From Rhodothermales bacterium (GTDB taxonomy: Bacteria; Bacteroidota; Rhodothermia; Rhodothermales; Bin80), in contig OZ244148.1 in assembly GCA_965216255.1 (NCBI GenBank), positions 66,091 through 130,090 on the forward strand: DNA of 64,000 nt, in the 5' to 3' direction. Below are positions 58,430 through 64,000 of this stretch, in pieces; position 1 is the first letter of the stretch; each line of letters opens with the position of its first letter. The notes beneath the pieces are model-generated. The model made no database searches, was not told the origin of the DNA, and saw only the letters and a list, made by a program, of their open reading frames with translations. The position numbers and the translations under genes are program-made.

Positions 58430-61400
58430 CTACTTCAGAATGGTCATCTGGCTCATTCGGACCTCGATCCCGGCAGCGGTGGCAGCATGCACGCGGTAGG
58501 AATACGTCCCGGAAGCCAACTGCGCAACGTCCATCCTGATGGCTCGCAGGCTGCCAGCCTCCAACTCTACGGGCACGCTGCGCAGGACCGTGCGTCCCAG
58601 CACGTCAAACACCTCTACCGTGACCGCCGCAGACATGGGCAAATCCACCAGAATGGTCGTATATGGATTGAATGGGTTGGGATAGTTGCCGTGGAGCACA
58701 AAACGCTCCGGCAGCTCTGTCTGATCGCCAATCCTTGTAACGCCGGAAGGAAAAAATACCGTCCCGTCTGCCTGCACGCCGATCATGGTAAGGCCTTCCC
58801 TGGCCGACGTGCCGGAGCCGGAGAGACTCAGCACAAAAGCTTGCCGGGAAAGGCCACTCAGATCAAACTCAAACCGGTTGATCAGGCGTTGGTCTGCGGC
58901 AGCCACCACTTCTATCTCGTGCGACCCTGGCGACACCGCCACGTAGCTGCCGACGGCGCCGTAGGCTGCATCGTCAAGGAGTACCACAGCCGCGCCTCCC
59001 GGCTGCAGCAGGCGCACGTCCACCGCCGCCAGATCTCTGGCTCCATGCGTCATGTAGAAGGCTGCTTGGTCGTCCACATCATGGCTCCGTCGCACATCAT
59101 CCGCCAACGCGAGGTCCACGTCCTCACCTTTGCCGTATGCAATCACATGGTAATCGGTGCCCGTGCCAACGCTTATCGATTGTGAGCGCAGCGGTTGGGC
59201 ATTGTCGCCATCCCCCCCTCTAACCACGTCGATGGTATGCTCCCCCTGGGAGAGCACATCGAATGCCGAGGCTGACTGGAACGTCCAGTCGTCAAAGATG
59301 CGCTGGTCATCAACGTATACGTCGAGCGGCGACCCATCAACGTTTTGAATGAACTGGGCCGTCGGTGCCTGCTGCAAGGTGCTTTCCCACAGCGCCTTGG
59401 CTTTGTCCGCATTCTGGAACAGATCCTCCCTGCTTCGTCCGGTTACCACCGCAAAAGCCACCTGGACTTCCTGGCCCGGAGCTATCGTGAACGGGCCCAG
59501 CCCTGACACTTGTGTCCAGTCATTGGCTTCGGATCCAGGGCTCTGAATGCCGCCAGTCAAGTATGACCATTTCATCTGGTCCGTCAGTGGTTCCCCGTAG
59601 CGAAGGGCACGAAAATGCACGGGCACATTCGCTGAGAGCGGCATGGTGCCAACCACCACTGTAGGATTGGAGGCCGCATCCTGCTGATAGCCGAGATTCC
59701 TGGTCCCGTCGAATAAGGAATAGTCCTGCAACCAGGTAAGATTCAACTGCCAGTTGAACATCAGGCCTATATGAATATTGGCCAATTCGACTCCGGTCTG
59801 ATTGGCCATAGTGTATCGCAAAATGACAAAGTCCTCGTTCTCCTGTGCAGTATCGGCAAAGCTCTCCTGGAGTACCTCTACGCCAAGGGGGTTGGGGGCA
59901 CCGCCATCCACCAACTCCATCCGCCCTTCCTGCGCCACCAGATTCCCGGGGTCCTGTATCTCAAGGCTGGCCCCCCGCTGCGGAATCCAGTCCATGTGTT
60001 GACTTGCAATTTGGGGCCGCAATTCGTCACTGTTCAGGCAGTCGGAAACCGCATCTGGTCCACTGGCCACGAGCAAGCCGCCCTCGTGTATGATGGACCG
60101 CCTCCTGCCGTTCGTGTCGTAGACCCACACACCTTCACTTAGTTGGCGAAAGCGGTTGTCCAAAAAGCCAAAGTTTCCTTCTGTGGTAATGGTGAAGCCC
60201 ATTCCGCCAGTGACGTGCTCTAGCGTTTCACCCTCGTTGGCCATCAGCCGCACGACATCAGGGGCATCGTCGTAGGATCCATCCCGTACTCGGGGAGAAA
60301 CCAATATGCGCGAACGATACGGCGTATCCTCAGTCAAACGGAACTTGGTCGTGACGGACGTGCTATCTCCGGTCCCCAATCTGCCAACACTGACTGGGCC
60401 GGTATCAAATTGGACGAAATCGCCGTCCGCAAACCACTCGATTGTCAGGTTCTGAGTATCTGTCAGATAGTTGACCAGCGTTGCAGTGATTTCTGCGGAT
60501 TCGCCGCTTTGGAGCACCCGCTCCCCACCCGTTAGTTGCGCCCTGGTCATGCGGATAGCTGGGAACCCGCTCTCCGTTACGGCGCGGTAGGCATTGACGC
60601 GCCCGCGACCCAAGAGGCCCGCCAGCGAGGCATCGTTGGCAGCATCGATGTTGTCAGCTGTAAGGCGCACCTGTTCGCGCACCTGGTGCGGCGAATAACC
60701 AGGGTGCGCCGTCTTGACCAGCGCCGCTATGCCCGCTACCAGCGGCGAGGCAAAAGACGTGCCGTTGTCTCTGCCATACGCATCGCCCGGACGTGGTACG
60801 ATTACGTCCCGCCCTGCGGCATACACATTTACGCTCCTGCCGTAATTGTAGTAGTTCACATCGGACTCTGACAGCGTGCCGCCGACGCTGAGTTCGATGC
60901 CGTAATTGGCGGGGTATGTGGGGTTGTAGTCAGAGTTTATACGTGCGTTTCCGGCCGCAGCCACCACCAGCGCCCCTTCGTCCAGGGCCGAGTGCATGAC
61001 CTGCATCTCGGTTTGGGAGTAGCCGAATCCGCCGAAACTTGCGTTGATGATATCAGCCCCATTTAGTGCCGCATACATAATGCCTATGCCATTGTCATGG
61101 CCTGCCACCGGCATGAGCTTGGCATTCCAACTTGTCCCGGCCAATCCAATGCTGTTGTTGGCCTCCGCCGAGGCGGCGCCGGCCACCGCTATGCCATGGA
61201 TTACGTCGTCATCATTAGCGGAACCCGAGGCTATGGGCAAATCCGTATTGAAATCCCAGCCGTGCACGTCATCCACGAAGCCGTTCCCATCGTCGTCAGT
61301 GCCGTTGTTCGAAACCTCACCCAGATTGGTCCACAGTGTGCCTCGAAGATCTTCATGGCCCAGGTCCATGGCCAACTCCACTACAGCAATCACGACATCA

Positions 61401-61933
61401 CCCTGCTCGCCCTTTACCACATCCCAGGCATCGGCCATGCGCAGCCGCTGCATGTACGACGCTTGGGAGGAGAATAGCGGGTCATTGGGCGTGTCAGGCA
61501 GCGCATGTGTGCCCGCCTCCGCAGAGGCTGAATCCCAGGTCGGCGCGCGGACGAACCTCGGTTCTGCGAAGACTACGTTCGGATCCCGCGCCAGGGCGGT
61601 GGCTACCCGTCCGGAGTCAAAGGACTCGTCGTGACGCACGGCATAGATGCGTTGCAACTTCCTGGTGCTTGCAGCCAGCTCTCGCGTCTGGGCCACGAGG
61701 TCTATGAAGGGAAAGGCCTTTACGACTTCGAAGACGCCAAACTGAGCAGCCTCCTGGTCGAAGACTGCAAGTCCGGTCTTGCCGGCACCAGGAGAAACCG
61801 TAACCCCCTCTGCGAATTGCACCCAGACAAATCCTGGGCTATAGGGCGCCATAGGGTTGGTGGGCTGGGCAGCTGCGACGGCACTCAGCAACAGTGCGAG
61901 GCCTACCAGACAGGTAAGGTGGTTCCTAACCAT
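58430..61933 (-). CDS. Secreted S8 subtilase with DUF4397-like domain and T9SS C-terminal sorting domain
   Basis: Signal peptide; DDDGNGFVDDVHGWDF, HGIAVAG, AAAGN, GTSFASP; LHGNYPNPFNP..VFDVLGR..LASGTY. Confidence 0.9.
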   Translation of the reverse strand: MVRNHLTCLVGLALLLSAVAAAQPTNPMAPYSPGFVWVQFAEGVTVSPGAGKTGLAVFDQEAAQFGVFEVVKAFPFIDLVAQTRELAASTRKLQRIYAVRHDESFDSGRVATALARDPNVVFAEPRFVRAPTWDSASAEAGTHALPDTPNDPLFSSQASYMQRLRMADAWDVVKGEQGDVVIAVVELAMDLGHEDLRGTLWTNLGEVSNNGTDDDGNGFVDDVHGWDFNTDLPIASGSANDDDVIHGIAVAGAASAEANNSIGLAGTSWNAKLMPVAGHDNGIGIMYAALNGADIINASFGGFGYSQTEMQVMHSALDEGALVVAAAGNARINSDYNPTYPANYGIELSVGGTLSESDVNYYNYGRSVNVYAAGRDVIVPRPGDAYGRDNGTSFASPLVAGIAALVKTAHPGYSPHQVREQVRLTADNIDAANDASLAGLLGRGRVNAYRAVTESGFPAIRMTRAQLTGGERVLQSGESAEITATLVNYLTDTQNLTIEWFADGDFVQFDTGPVSVGRLGTGDSTSVTTKFRLTEDTPYRSRILVSPRVRDGSYDDAPDVVRLMANEGETLEHVTGGMGFTITTEGNFGFLDNRFRQLSEGVWVYDTNGRRRSIIHEGGLLVASGPDAVSDCLNSDELRPQIASQHMDWIPQRGASLEIQDPGNLVAQEGRMELVDGGAPNPLGVEVLQESFADTAQENEDFVILRYTMANQTGVELANIHIGLMFNWQLNLTWLQDYSLFDGTRNLGYQQDAASNPTVVVGTMPLSANVPVHFRALRYGEPLTDQMKWSYLTGGIQSPGSEANDWTQVSGLGPFTIAPGQEVQVAFAVVTGRSREDLFQNADKAKALWESTLQQAPTAQFIQNVDGSPLDVYVDDQRIFDDWTFQSASAFDVLSQGEHTIDVVRGGDGDNAQPLRSQSISVGTGTDYHVIAYGKGEDVDLALADDVRRSHDVDDQAAFYMTHGARDLAAVDVRLLQPGGAAVVLLDDAAYGAVGSYVAVSPGSHEIEVVAAADQRLINRFEFDLSGLSRQAFVLSLSGSGTSAREGLTMIGVQADGTVFFPSGVTRIGDQTELPERFVLHGNYPNPFNPYTTILVDLPMSAAVTVEVFDVLGRTVLRSVPVELEAGSLRAIRMDVAQLASGTYSYRVHAATAAGIEVRMSQMTILK

Positions 61934-62258
61934 AATGACGTGTGCTTAAGATTGCCATTTACACATGAATTCATACGGTGGGATGCGACTGCCGGCCGAC
62001 GACTTCCCGTCCGCTGGCACAAGTGCTGGCAATGAATCTGGACCGCTTTTATGGCCTGTTACGGCTAGGGGCGCGGCCTGCCACCTGAGTCTTCGCCGTG
62101 CAGGCTGGTGCACATGCCTGCGGCAGTGTCAAGGACGCGCGCCGAATATTCAGGAACTTCACATCTTCGCGCTGCTTTCAGGGAGATACTGACAAAGGCG
62201 GCCCAATAGACCGAGGCAGCCGCCCTCGGCCTGATCATTTCAAACCACATCGGTCCCC

Positions 62259-63516
62259 ATGAAGATCCTCGCGGCACTCACAGTTTTCTGCCTTACTTAG
62301 GCACACATCTCGCGTCCCCTCAGGATGTGGAGAAGACGTGGATCTTGCTCACCGACAAGCTGGACGGCACCGGCAAAACCACGCAGGTTGAGGCCGGATA
62401 CATCAGCGACAGAGCCGCGGAACGACGCCAGCGGCGTGGCAGCAACTGGACGCCAGCGCATGATGCCCCCATCTCGCCCCTGTATTTGAACACTTTGGCG
62501 GCAGAGGGTGTGGAGGTTGTTCGTCGCAGTTGATGGCTGAATGCGGTCTCGGCCTATCTCGATGCTAGCCAGCGCCATGCAGTGAGTTAACTGCCGTTTG
62601 TCCGCAAGCTGCAGCCGGTGGCGGGACTTGCCACGAACATTTCACCACCGATTCCAGTGCCGCCAGTTATTGCCACCCCTTATCCAGGCGGCTTGACTGC
62701 GGACCATCCTGTGGGCAACTGCAGCTCGTGAACGCAATCACACCGCTTGACAATAGTATCAACGGACAAGGCATCATCGTGGGATTCGTCGACACGCGCT
62801 TCGACTACAACGGCGTGCAGCTCGGACACCCTGCAACGGCCCATCTCACCAATGCCAACAGAGTGAAATATCGCAACTTTACAGCCGACGACCCCGGCGT
62901 CGGCACGCAGCAGGATTTTAGCTTTCACGGTTTGAACACCAGTTCAGTGACCTTTGGCAACGCTCCCAATCAGCTGATAGGTCCTTGTTACGGAGCCGAC
63001 ACCGTATATGTCGCGCACACCGAGTGGGCCCCACAAGAACGGAATGTGGAAGAAGACAATTTTGTTGCCGCGGTCGAATGGATGGAAGCCTCTGGGGTAG
63101 ACGTCATTAACTCTTCTCTTGGATTCTCGACCTTTGACCCCGGCGAATCTGAATACGAGACCTCCGACATGGACGGAGATACCGGGATAACCACCATTGC
63201 CTTTGACCTTGCTGCCCAAAAAGGCGTAGTCCCGGTATCCTCAGCGGGCAACGAAGGCGACCGGTCTTGGCGTGTTATCACCACGCCCTCAGATGGCGAT
63301 TCTGTCATCGTGGTGGGAGCCGTTTACCTGGACAGCACAAAGGTTGGTTTCAGCAGTGTGGGCCCCACAGCTGACGGCCGCACTAAGCCCGACGTTTCTG
63401 CACAAGGGGCCCTTGTGCGCGTTGCCTATTCCTCTCCATCAATACCTTTTGGCCCTTCCAGCGGAACCTCGTTTTCTGCTCCCATGATTACGGGGATCGT
63501 ATCCCAGATACTCCAG
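62259..63516 (+). pseudogene. S8 peptidase pseudogene truncated by IS30
   Basis: Signal peptide with a stop, RRS*WLNAVS, FVDT, HG, SAGN, GTSFSAP; C-terminus replaced by the IS end. Confidence 0.8.
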
Positions 63517-64000
63517 CGCCAATTAAAGTCCGAAGTGCAACAACTGTAGACAATGTAGTATGCCCCTGAGTAGAGACAGAAGATAGCACAGGCAACGCGG
63601 AAAACGAGCTTCTTCGGAGGGAGGGCGGAGCCCGACCGGAGAAGAAGCTGCTTGCTGGCCGAAGAAATTCGCGCTCCTTGACCTTTGAGGCAGCCAATGC
63701 CGACGGGCGAGCATGGCTCTTCCCCTGCGTGTAGGCACGCATGATGTCACCCGAACATGGTACAATGGTCTATGGGTCTTTCTGGCGACGACCCGACTCA
63801 GACCATGGACGCGGAGGCTGCCACGCCCTCTAGTGCAGGAAGGAAAACCTCCGCCGGCGTGCGGTAGGCCAAGCATCGGCGCGGACGGTTGTTCAATTGC
63901 GCTTGCACCCGCCTCACCGCTGCCGGTTCAACCGTGTGAAAGTTGGTTGCCTTCGGGAAGTACTCTCGCACCAGGCCGTTGGTGTGCTCGTTCAGACCAC
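63517..64000 (-). mobile_element. IS30-family element, 3' part (transposase C-terminus 63798-64000)
   Basis: GLNEHTNGLVREYFPK..LNNRPRRCLAYRTP; end motif GTTGCACTTCGGACTT near 63525-63543. Confidence 0.88.

Overview
A bacterial defence island overrun by mobile elements. The T9SS-type S8 peptidase suggests a Rhodothermia/Bacteroidota-like host (inference). Defence-type genes: a 2123-aa nuclease-STAND (Avs-like) gene, a GmrSD-like type IV restriction gene behind an hsdM remnant, a DISARM-like three-gene operon (DUF1998 helicase, SNF2 helicase, N6-MTase), and a divergent four-gene operon (MTase, GHKL-histidine kinase, receiver, unknown). Between 9.1 and 38.4 kb is a dense nest of IS1634, IS66, IS256 and IS4 elements with 8 complete and 3 fragmentary group II introns of four sequence types (here called A-D); only one encodes an RT. 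One stack is seven levels deep (IS1634>IS66>A1>B1>A2>B2>C). The EBS1 loops differ between copies of a type and pair with their insertion sites, all of which lie in other mobile elements. The best candidate for an undescribed mechanism is the DISARM-like MTase: a 10-bp microsatellite precedes three tandem, overlapping, diverged versions of the same putative target-recognition segment. The right end holds an S8 peptidase, an S8 pseudogene and a partial IS30. All calls come from motif recognition and by-eye alignment; no databases were searched.
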